From: Balanoglossus misakiensis
Lineage: Eukaryota > Animalia > Hemichordata
Length of the DNA stretch: 64,000 bases
Direction of reading: 5' to 3'
NCBI GenBank assembly: GCA_040954595.2
Contig: CM082576.2
Location: forward strand, 14,387,129 to 14,451,128
A program made the translations under genes and the position numbers. The notes beneath the pieces were generated by a model. That model had not been told where the DNA came from, searched no databases, and saw only the letters and a list, made by a program, of their open reading frames with translations. This document shows positions 40,872 through 52,830 of this stretch, in pieces (the first letter of the stretch is position 1; the number at the start of each line of letters is the position of its first letter).

Positions 40872-43784
40872 GATTAATATTATTGTAGGGCTGTTATTAT
40901 TCTGAATTTTCTGACCATAGATTTGTTTTAATTTTTAGACCTTGTGTGCAAAGCTGCCATTTATGATCGCCCGGGGTGGAAAGCCTGGGCATTATGAGGG
41001 TAAGCCCAAAACGGATTTTTTCTATGACCAATCCTTTCTTTTAGATTCATTAACACGCAAGAAGCATCTTAACATTCTGACCTACAGGTCAACTCCTCGT
41101 CTTTGTGAGAGTTTTGTCATGGCAACATCACTGTGAAAATTGAAAAATATGAATGTGAAAAACTTGACAGTTTCTGTTTGTTTGGTATCCGTGACCTGTT
41201 CTGACACGTCTGTGAAAGTATTTGACAAAAAAATGCGTGGGGCAATAAAATATTACGATGGGGGTTATAAAAATTTCGCCTTTATTCTTTTTTGAAACTT
41301 TGAGAGGATTGTGGAGTTGTTTAAATTGCTGAAAGGGCCTTCTTTGTTGTATTTATAGAAAAGTGGCTTATACTGATCCACTTGAAATGATTTACGGACA
41401 GCGGTTTATCGATTCATAGATAGGACGGCCAGTAACTGGTACATAGTATGCTTGTAAATACTTGGACGCCATGGCGTGTAGCGTGTGGCGAACGATTCCG
41501 ATGCCAGTGACAGTGTACATGGGCTGAGAACTGAAGTAGACAGAGAGGCGCCCTGCGGTTAGAAACGTGAAGCAGATCGTGTAAAATGCTGCTAAATATA
41601 GAATGAGGTAAAAAATTATGTTCTTGTGTCTGTTTCCAGATATAATACGGAACAACTTGAAAATATCTCAAAGATGTTATGCATTTCGAGACTATACTGA
41701 CGTTACGGACAAAATTCAAAAGGATCAGTGTGGACAATGAAGCCGAACGACAGGCTTAGGCTGAGAAAGCTTTGAATCCCGTGCTTGTTATAAAGCACGT
41801 GAACGACACTTACTAGTGGGTGACAGTCATTATCAGGACTTGCTGTAGGCGGCGTGCCCCTTGATTTTATTCAGAAATGTGGGAGAAATATGTTAAGTTC
41901 GCGTAAGGACATCTCATAAAACCAGCTCGCTCATGCATGCAGGCCCGTATCAGACAAGAGAATAAGACTGAGTTTTTTACCCCAGTCTGTTAGTACAAGT
42001 TTTTTATTTAAAAAATGTGTATAACATGAAAATTACCCTGAGGTGTGTGATGGTGAGATACGACAGTTAACAGATGACGTCATATCGTCGTACGATGGAA
42101 GCCAATAAGGTATAGTCATAGATTTGCATAATCTATACCACTGAGTCAAAGTGCTGACAGTTTGACCGGATCTTTTGATCTTTGTTACACCCATTGCCCG
42201 GCCATACATGAAGTAAAGGCTTCGAGTGAGTGTTGAGGATGTGGCTTAGGTTGTTGTTTTTCATGGAAACCATAAACAAAAAATAATATTGAGCTCTCTA
42301 TTAAAATTCGGGATCTTAATTAATTCGTATTAATCGCCAAACAAGTTGACCAAAATTCTCATTTGTGTTTAATAAATACAATTACTATAGGGACGTGTGT
42401 TCGTCGACGTTGCTCCTTTAAAGATATTGAAATACTATCATACCACAGCAAAGGGATAGCCGAAAAATGGTTGTTGTCATTAATGCAAGCTGTAAATCGT
42501 CCTCGGATGAAACGAAAAACAGTCCTTCATTTGTTCGATACAGTGATGAGGGTTGATGTGATGATAAATCTCGTCCTCGTACGAAAAAGTACGCCCGTGT
42601 GAGATCGTGATAAAACGGTTAGTTAAAGCGGTGTGAATGGATATGGGTATGATCTGCTTGCCAGCATTTGTATGTATTTTAAGAACAGTTTTGGAATTTA
42701 ACTGCATACTGCTGATGTCATTACCTGTACCTGGCTATGGCCATTGACATGGTTCTCAACTGAGCCTGAGTACAACGGCCTTCACGTTGCACTTCAAACT
42801 CTCAAATCATCAACATTTACACACATCCCACCCACTTCTCCGTATAGCATACGTGGTTAGACATAGCATGATCGCATGACAGCACCCGCCAATGACGTAG
42901 CCACGCAGGCACGGGAGTAGATTCGGTCAGAATTTTACATTATTGGCAAGATTACAATTTACGATTCACTTTATATTCGGTATAGCCAAAGCTTAAACTC
43001 TCTTAGATTTCTCAAATGCAACCTAGAAAATAAATTTTACTCTATGTATGTCTCTATATCGGCGACACTGAGGAAAAATACACAGTAACCGCTATATTAA
43101 TACAATGCAACTCTCTGTCACTAAAATATCATGTCGACCCGATTCTTACCTCCCTCGCACTAAAAAAAATCTTTAAAATATTGCACCTTTCAAAACTGTC
43201 GCTCATAACGTCCCTTCAATGACCCTAACGAATAACCTTTAACACAGTAGAAATAACGGGGTGAATTAGGCCAACCTCCCCGAGAGTTCAGAAGCCAGGT
43301 CAGTCCACTTTGTCAACTTTGCCGTACTGGCCCCTCTGTGATAACCTTAAAGCGACACAGACGCAAAAAAACTCTCCTACTATCAGCTCGCCTAATTACC
43401 GTGGGTGTCCCCCGATTGTGTTCTGGCTAAATGAGCGTAGGACACGTGTTTTGAATACCTGGCGAGATGTGATACTCGACCGCTGCTGTCCAATTGGAAG
43501 CCATTCAAAGCAATCAGGTGATGATAATGTGCATACATGTACACCTCCTAACAAGGGTCGTCGTTTTAAAATAGAAGTACTAGGAACGTTGATGAATGAA
43601 ATATGACATGTCCTTTACCCCATTAACTCTATATACTCGAACTCCACCAGTTTCAACCTTCCCAGTCCACTCTGGTTATGCAAAGCAAGGCTAAAAGGTG
43701 TGTGCTTGGTCTGGCAGACAAGTAATGTGCCGTTGTACCCTACTGTCATTTCGGTGGTCATGTTCACTTGTCAATTTGGGAGGC

Positions 43785-43916
43785 TCTCTCTCTGCCCTAG
43801 GTGAATTCTCTCTCTCTCCCTCTTTGTCTGTCTCTCTCCCTCTCCCTCCCCCCTCTCCCTCCCCCCTCTCTCTCTCTCTCTCCCTTTCTCCCCCCCCCCT
43901 CTCTCTCTCTCTCTCC

Positions 43917-43999
<83 letters not shown>

Positions 44000-44019
44000 C
44001 CTCTCTCTCTCTCTCTCTC
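43785..44019. repeat. CT-rich / (CT)n low-complexity tract
   Basis: Read directly from the sequence. Confidence 0.9.
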
Positions 44020-44520
44020 GCAAAAAGTGTGGTATCGACGTCGAAAGGGACATTTCCTTTTTCTTTGCTTGGTACATATTGCACGTAGAATATAAAAATT
44101 CATGGTTTTCGTTATAACCTGACGCTATTCCACCATGTTGGTATGTTGATCGCTAGTGCTTTTGCATCACGAGAACGGGAATAAATGAAAGACAAATCGG
44201 ACATTGTTTATTCATTCATGAAATTCCTTTTATTACTGTAACATTATTCGGATGTTTCCAACGAGTGGAAGTTACATTTCTCGTGGTTGCTTTCTAATAG
44301 TACTGAGTACAAAGGGTGTTCACTGTTGTTTGCAGTATTCTACGAAAGGCGTGGAAAAATCACCGTAAAAGTAGGGAAATTGACAATAATCAACGACAAT
44401 GAGAGTATCTGATTGTCTGACGTCACATGACGCTTGGCGTCACAGAACAGAAAGACGAAAAAAGTCCAAACTGCTCCAGCATCACTTGGTGATTTCTGGC
44501 CGTTGCCGGGGAGACGCTCT

Positions 44521-44931
44521 TTACATCCTCTTGTAGAAACGCTTCCCCCAGACGTCGCCCATGTTCCAGGTAACGATCATCTCGTCTCCGTGAACCTCGC
44601 GTGTCTCCACCACTTTGTCGATCGGGTCCGCCTCGCCCATGCCCCTGATGATCAGCTTCTCTCCCTCCGCCGTTGCCATGGCTCTCCTCTGCCGGCCGGC
44701 CATGATGCCGTACTTCTGATCGAAGGGCTCGTTCAACTTGAACGTGTTCTGCATGGTGCCCTTGGGCGTCTCCGTCTTGATGGTGAAGCGGTCGCCCTGT
44801 CGCATCATCTCCAGAGGTCTGGGGGATTCCACCATTTCACGCGTCTCGGGCGGCGCGTTGATGGCCTCCAGCAGGGGGTCCATGTGCTCGTTGCGGACGA
44901 ACGACCATTTCCCGGCAAACGGAGTAGACAT
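44521..44931 (-). CDS. FABP: FABP/iLBP array copy 7 (136 aa, most divergent, uninterrupted CDS)
   Basis: MSTPFAGKW...FKLNEPF...VETREVHGDEM...KRFYKRM. ATG at 44931; the longer ORF start at 45048 lies upstream of the TATA run. Confidence 0.9.
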   Translation of the reverse strand: MSTPFAGKWSFVRNEHMDPLLEAINAPPETREMVESPRPLEMMRQGDRFTIKTETPKGTMQNTFKLNEPFDQKYGIMAGRQRRAMATAEGEKLIIRGMGEADPIDKVVETREVHGDEMIVTWNMGDVWGKRFYKRM

Positions 44932-44995
44932 CTTGCTTACTGGTCTTGCAAACAGGCTTGAGGAAGAGTTGAATCTTGCGATGAAAATGCGTGTG

Positions 44996-45050
44996 CATGA
45001 TGACCAGTGAACGAGCGTATATATATACTCTTCAGAGTGTTTGTGCAAAG
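44996..45050 (-). promoter_or_regulatory. FABP copy 7 core promoter: TATATATATA and degenerate octamer
   Basis: TA run at 45018-45027, CTTTGCAC at 45043-45050. Confidence 0.45.
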
Positions 45051-48000
45051 GATTGTCAATATCTGATGTAATATGATTTAAGATTGCATATTAAATAAAC
45101 CTTCACTCAAGGATGTCTGTGAAAAAAATAACAAAATCCAATAAATTGGCCCCAAACTATGAAAAATAAGAAATTACCATATCAACTCAACTTTTCGGCG
45201 ATGTAAAGAAGTAGGCAGCACAGACAACGACGCTCGGGGATTTGGAAATGGCTGACTAGACTAGAAAGAAGAGAGACTCGATTATTTCACTAACAAAGTC
45301 GCAGCCCGTGTTTTGGAAGGATGCATGAGCTGTTTAAAACAATTTCCTTTGCAACAATTCACGAATCTGTTTGTGCCACAGACAAAATTACTGTTTAATT
45401 AGTGGTTATCCTGACAGGGGCTGCGTTTAGAAGTCGGAGCTTTAGGCTAGACAACTTTCAGACGAACCGGGGATTGATTAGTTGAAATGTATTTTCTATA
45501 TCATTGGAAGGCCCGTTGTTTTTTTCTGTATTACTGCGTAGATTGTAAACATTTCGACGAGCGCTATCATATTATTACGGTCAAGAAAATTGCGATGAAA
45601 TAGCTGTGTCGTTTTATGAATGGGCTTTCTCCATTACTTTTATCGATTATAAAAATATCTTGGACGAAGTCAAAAGTTTTAATGCCAATCTCCTGCTTCC
45701 AGTAATTAGAAAACAGAGAAACTTTTTTCGCAAAAATTCTTACTAAAAGAAAACACAACAAAAATGTTTGTAACCGTCAGTATTCAGATGTTAGTTTATT
45801 ATTTGAAAAAAAACTGATGATTTTCAGCGAAATCCACGTACTTTTCTTATTCTACACTTCTACACACGCGACGTTGTTGGCGAAGTGCGACATTTTGTGC
45901 TGCCCTGGTTCTGGTGACGTCATCACATCACCTTGTAAATATGGCAGCAACGCGACGGGCCTGTCTGGTCAAATAAACAAGTATCTCATCAACAATCTGG
46001 TGGCCTTATTATTCCTCTACACGCGTGGAAATGTTGGGATAGGCGTGAATTGATAACGAGGTCCGGTTATAGCAATCTCCAACCAGTGATGAAAATCGTA
46101 GATTTGAGGACAATGATTTTCTGCGATACCTCAATAATATGACTTAAATTTTCTGATAATTTTTTAACATATCACATTTGAATATGTTCACACATTTTGG
46201 AAATTCCGTTAGTATTTCTTGTGTCATAGTGTATGACGTCTATTTTGAAGCTTACAGAGTACAAAACTACATGTACAACGGAAACATGTTCTTATAGATT
46301 AACCACTGAATCATCTGGATGGTAATGGTCTATGAACAGAACGCGGTTTTTAAAGTGAGAGAATAACGATGGTTTCGAGTTATAAGTTTGTGGTGATGCA
46401 TTCTTGCAGCAACAAACGACATTTCGAAAAAAAATCCGTTGTTGGCCACGTCATCAATGCCACTGAATAGAGAGGTGTGATGTCAATGCCCTACAGGACA
46501 CAATCCTTCCGAATCTAACCTTCTAGGGACGATCGGACGATCTGCAAGTACATTTGTAATGTGCACACCCTTATCTTTTTTTCGATTGAATGAAGCATCC
46601 ATTCTAAGATTACACCAGGTTGTTTTCAATTAAAGCAGCATTTTGCGAGACATAATGAGAGTTCTAGGGAAATTAGCAATAAATGCGTAAACGAAGTCGG
46701 GCAAGTTGAAGCGTTGGCTGCGATCCAGCACAGCGCCTAGCCTGACTGTGTTTCAATTTATATTGCCCTATCTCTCATTCTTTTTTTTTTTTTTTTTTTT
46801 TTGGTGTCCATTCATGGATCGGTTGTCAACCGGAATTTATAACTAATCATTTGCGACGTGCACAGACAGGCAGGAGCGATAAAACCGTTAACTGGCAGGG
46901 GTCATTGGTAAGGTGTATTCTCACACGGGGCAAGGTACACGGCACTTGAAGCTCTATAGGTAACTGACGTGATTGAGAGTATACAAAGGACATCGATTTG
47001 CACGGCACTGGAAACACGTGTATGAGGGTAAAAAGGACACTGATTGCATGCACATCCACAAAATGAATCTAGACGACATAGGCCTAATACCGATCGCAAT
47101 TTATATCCACCTCAGATTTTGTTACGGATGGTAATAATTTGTGACAAAATAAATATACAAACAGTGTTTTGATTGTAGCATTTCAAAAAGTTCACTCATC
47201 TGCTACATGTCTGAATGATAATACGGTGTTTTCGCAATTCTGACTTTTAATTGTCAGAACTCGTTATTTCAAGTAAATGTGTCGAATGTTTCCCCTTTGA
47301 AACTGATCCGACCAACGATTTGTAGACTGCCAGCACCACATTCACCAGTATCAGTTCGGTCGCGTCCCTGATCAGTACATCATGTTTATCATGAGTCTCG
47401 CCTGATCAATGACAGTATGTCGGCCATCTCCAAACAGTTCAACGACACCAGTTGACCTTGTCGGATTCGACAAAAAAAATATTCAGAGCAGTTCAATTCT
47501 ATCGAAATCGTAACTGAGCTTTATAGAGAACAGGTCTATATTCACGTACATGACTTAGAGTATAACTGGTCTTCGCTCTACCTATGTAGTGACAGGTGTA
47601 TTGAAATTTCTTTCGCGAGGCTAGGCCTCAGACTCGTCGGTAAACAGTGGTTGCCTGTTCCTGCCCTGCCCCGCTGCCCTGAGTCAGTAAATTACAGTTA
47701 TATCCTCATATGTCAGTGCACCCCCATTTCTGAACGTAGGCAGCATATACCAGAGATTACCCTCCCCCATATCAAGTCACGGCGTCTCTCGAGTCTCATC
47801 CGGTTCTGTTTGCCGTCATGTATAGGGCCTAAAACTGAGATCGATCGGGGTTGGTACCTTGTACTCTCGCACGGCTCTGCTCGCGGACCTCCGCACGGAA
47901 ACCTATAGAAGGTCCGTTGCAGTAAACTGTTAAAATTATTTGAAGTTTTTTGTTTAGCATGAAGTAGTTCGTGTGATAACTGATAACTAAATTAAATGTA

Positions 48001-50286
48001 ATCCCAGACATGTCAACTAAAAGAAAGATTCTTGAAAACACTACGAAACTAAGAGAGTTGTACATTTGTGACCCCCCATTTATTACACACGTAGCAATGT
48101 TTCAAGTTGTAAAGTTATAAAAGTACAGTTGTAAAATGGACGAGTACAGCGCCCCCTGTCATCATTCTGTTCTCGATAAAATCGATCCGTAGGATAATTT
48201 TTAGACAAACTCGGTACTTGTGACATTGGTTATACATGTTTTCTTGAATATGAGCTTGTTTTTGTTGTTCTGTTAACTTATCCTTGCTAAATAGATGGTA
48301 AACACAGTATGTATGATTGCAGAACTTCCAAAACAAGTTACTGAAAAAAGTGGGAAGCAGAGTTTAGTTCCCTGCCTCCTTTCTCACGTTGCTGGCAATA
48401 CAGCGCAGCCAGCGGTGGGAGAGCAAGGCCTTGGTATGCTAAGATGATAGACACACGGGGGTCACGTCTTTGTTCTGCTCATTGCAACGGGGCGGGGATC
48501 AGCTGCAATACACATCCGCAGCCACGGGAGGGGTATTCTTATCCCAGATCAAGTGATTCATCTTTTCCCACGAAAGCGTCTTTGACCTCAGCATGGAAAC
48601 CGAAATGTTAAAGGATTCTATTTACACTTTACTTGGTCAACAACGAGAGGGTGGTGAGTTTTGGTTTCGTAGTGGGTTTCGCGTTTTAAGTTTTCGTAAG
48701 TTTGATGGTGAAAGCGAAACGAAACTAACTGAACCACAGGCACGATTCACGTATACAAAAGCGGCATACTGCATATCAATACTGCAATGTGAACCAACAC
48801 AAGAAATGGTAGAATCCCCCTCAAAAAGACTGAGTGGACAACTAAACACATTTTCTATATAACGAGGTGTTCTTAAAAACAAAGGGCTGTCGCTATGTTG
48901 GCCACAAGTGGCGCTGTGCAGAAATTTCCCTGTGCTTCAAATGTAAACTACAGGAATATAGAATCTAGACAAGTTTTATACATGTATTGTGTGAATAAAA
49001 CTTGAATTTAAGTTCAAAAATATTAAGTTTGAGGCCAAACTTAAGGGAGTCCAGAAAAGAACCTAGGTAAAAGGGCACATATTCAAATCAGACAGTAAAG
49101 TATATTATCAAAAGTCCATTAGAGTTGTTTTATTGTGATCATACTGAGACTACAGGAGTCATGCAAGATCCCCGAGGGAGAAAAATATCAAGCCCTTGCT
49201 ATAGGATTGACAATTTATCGCGATGTTTTAAAAAATCTTTATACATTGGTAAGATACGAAAGTATGTGATAGCATTTAAAAGCACCATTATATTCAAGTT
49301 TACCTCTCCGACAACACCACAAAAATAAATTGTGGTGTGGAAAAATGAATGATTCTTTATAATGTGTACATCTAAAATACATCTACATTTTAGGAAATTG
49401 TGACCAAATTTTATTTACATGTTTAAATACGTGAGTGCATTATTAGCACCAGTAGAATGAAATCACATACACTGACATGAAAATACACAGAAAAACGGAC
49501 AGACACACTGACCAAGTAATATTCTTTGATAATGCTGCCTTCAGCAGACTATAATGAAAAAAAAATATCAACGAAAAAAAAAAATCCAAAAGTTTCAATA
49601 AAATATGGCAGATTGTGACTCTCAGTGTAGTATGCACAGTTTATTAATTTTAATTATATTTCCTTGTTGTTGGGGGCTTCATGCAGTCTATAAAATACCC
49701 TGATAGAAAACTATAAAAATATTCTTTTTTTTGATTGAAAAAAATCAGGGCAGCATTCAGAAAACAAATATTTACAGTCTCATGCAACAAAATACCAGCA
49801 CTGAAATTTAAAATTAATCAATTTTGATTTTGTTGTTTAATTTTAGATATTGTCATGCCTCCTCCTTGGCAAATCACTAAACATAAAAAGGTACTGACAC
49901 AGACACAAAAATAATTCTGACTGGCCTTGTGGATGCAACAAAGTTATTTTCACCCGAACAAAATCCCTGGCCTATCATTTTTTTTTAAACAATAAAAGGT
50001 AATAGTATTATCCATAATAAGAATGAAAACCACATAAAAGACTAAAAAGGAGACTGGCTATTTACAGATTTAAAGCTGAGCAGACGATATTTGCTCCTTT
50101 CCAAAATGGCTGAACAGTGACAAATAATAGGAACAGTTAATTTCTAATTAATGACTGAGGCACATAAATAATTACTTTTTGTCAGCTGTGGATGTGTCAC
50201 AAAAATGTGATCAAAGTTTATTGACAAAGGAGTTTTCTTATAGTACTGAGGAAGCTAAGCTATAAATAATGGCTATCCCCTTAGAA

Positions 50287-50468
50287 TACTGTAAAACAGG
50301 AAATTTTCGTGACAGGAAATTTTTGCTATATCAAAAGAGACCAGTGTTACGCGACGATTAATTTTGGCATTCTCGTGTTTCACTGCATTGTTATCTATGT
50401 AAAATGTTTTTAGCTCTCGAGTAGTTCGCAAAAATTTATCGTTCACGAAAATTTCCCATTTTACAGTA
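50287..50468. mobile_element. MITE, related subfamily
   Basis: TACTGTAAAA...TTTTACAGTA ends; internal TTCACTGCAT.GTTATCT shared with the 58-kb copies. Confidence 0.7.
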
Positions 50469-52705
50469 GCTGTTTGCTACCTCAAGTATGTACACTGTGT
50501 ACCCTTATGTAAGTATTTCGCATTCACCTTGAAGGTTGCATCAAGGTGATATTTTGATTATGGTTTTATAAAACCCACTGTAAATAAACTGATCTCACAG
50601 CAGCATTCCAGAGAAGGTAACTCTTGAAGTAGCATGCTGTGATGATGCTGATGACGATGATGATAATCATCATCATCATCATCATCGTCATTGTCATCAT
50701 CATCATCATCAAGAAAAACAGACATGCATATTAAAATATTACACCTTCCTGATAAAATTTAAATATACAGACATACTTCAGAAAAATACAAGTTCCTACA
50801 TTTTAAAAGCCATGATGGCTTAAAACATTACTGCTAACAAATTACAAATGTAAATTTGCATTTGCAGAAAAGGGTTTACAACCCGTTTAATTTTTAAAAA
50901 CTGTTGGAGAATATACTCCATTTTTTTTTTGCTTCTTAATAAATGTCTTTCACTTCAAACCCTTGATTTCAAGTTCAGTGCATGACTTTTTGTTAACTTT
51001 TGGTCCTGTGAAATGACCTATTTTACATTACTGGGGGTCATGAGATGTACATTAAAACAGACACTCATGACTTGACTCCAACACATCTTTTTTTACATTG
51101 AAAAACTGGGATCATAGTTCTTTTTTAAAAATAAATTAAATTTGCTATTTTTTCAGAGCCAATACACAGAATTTTCTGAGATCATATGCTGAACTGATTG
51201 GTGAAACTGATTTTCAATTGATTTTTGCCATATATGGTGCTATATCACACACAAGCCATGATTGTACGGTAAAGTCATAGTACATTCATATACCACGGTC
51301 ACAAATGTGCCAATCAGCCAGAAATCTTCCAGTTGGAAGTTTGGATGCTCAAGGTATTTTAAGAGGTTGCATGATTCCCCACCTTTTTGCATATGGCACT
51401 AACATGCATATTAATTATCAAAGGTGTCCTATTTTTATGTTTGCTTCATTTTATTTCATTGCTGTCATTTCAAATTTCCTGTCACACGTCAAATTAATAA
51501 TACTGTATTCTTGATATTGCTTTCAAACACTGCGTCAAGATATTACCTGATTTTATCAAATCAAACTGACAGTCCACATGATGTCGGAAATAACTTGACC
51601 TTTTAAATGTCCACTGATGTCAGTTTCAGTTTCAGTTTCAGAATTAAAAATGTATGGAATGGTTTTCCCATTTAGACATACAAATTGCGTACAATTGGAC
51701 ATCAGATCAGATCTCACATCAACTGTCAGAATATTTTCTATAAAGTTTCAGACAGTTTTACATTGCACTCAGAAGACAAAACAATTTTTCTCCAGCTTTG
51801 GTGTAAAAATGTATCTTGTGTGGTACAAACTGACTTGGGTAATAGGCTATCAGAAACTAATATTAAATCTACCGTATATATTAAAGGCCCACTATCTGTA
51901 ACTTTGTGCTATTTTTGCTATTTGTATTATATTTTAACCATGTTTTCTTATTCAGCACTTTGAGGCACTGTTAAATGCATAGTTTTAATCTTCTCAACAT
52001 AGCCCATGTGTACACAACCGACACTGCTATTGTTTTAAAATTGTATTCAAGTCCAGACTTGAATGTGTTTGTCAACAATAGCGAAGATCAGTACACACAC
52101 ACATGACTTGTCGACAAGCAGAAACTTGGCGTGTTGGGATACTCTATAGTGAGGAGAACAAGAAAACACATTTGATAAACAAAACAAAATTCTGAAAAAA
52201 TAGCCAGAAGTTATAGGTAGTGGCCCTTTAACCCATAGCAGATGTAAGCTACATCCTTGTGCACATCCAATATCCATATCCTAAGTTCTTCGGTATAAAA
52301 CATCCACTCAGGTTTAATATCCTGATCAGGAGCACATAAAACAAAATCACTTTAGTCCAGTTCCTAAAGGTTCACACTCTGTGTTATTTTAGTTTTTCAC
52401 AATCAAATATTGAGATGTTCACTTTTGGGATCTACATGCATGCACCGAAACATAAATGTAGTACATATTTGAGTTGGATGCGACACGGCGAGAGTCTCTG
52501 ACACTGCTCCGCACGCCCACTCTGCCACAACACCACTTTTTGGAAGTTGCCTAACTTCGTGTCTGATCTGCCGATCCAACAAACAAACAAGCACAGACCA
52601 AACGCAGCCGCCGCGAAGACATACACGACTGTCGTCACGTACGACTCGGTTTTCCGCGTTTTTTTCCGTTCCTCGCTTCCACTTGACAAAGCCAAGCACG
52701 GGCCA

Positions 52706-52830
52706 TTACATGTGGCTCTGCCATGCCACCGTGATGTTCTTGAGTCGGTATCCGAACAGGTATCGCTTCTCGTTCAAGTGCAGGTCCGCCTTCAACTGCT
52801 GCGGACATTCCTTGGGATCCAAAAGCCTCT
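52706..52830 (-). CDS. RIN2: RIN last coding exon (RA domain end)
   Basis: ERLLDPKECPQQLKADLH...FGYRLK...SHM-stop. Confidence 0.85.

Noticed and set aside
9812-44117. ORFs with VCLF, poly-V/G, MYVC and RE repeats
   Set aside because: Microsatellite translations
6607-44931. Horizontal transfer as the reason for intronless, GC-rich CDSs
   Set aside because: iLBPs are an animal family, the genes have Pol II promoter motifs, and the large RIN exon is similarly GC-rich
6481-44961. Antisense and alternative-frame ORFs overlapping every FABP CDS
   Set aside because: Explained by GC-ending codon bias that removes antisense stops; their starts and ends are not conserved among paralogs
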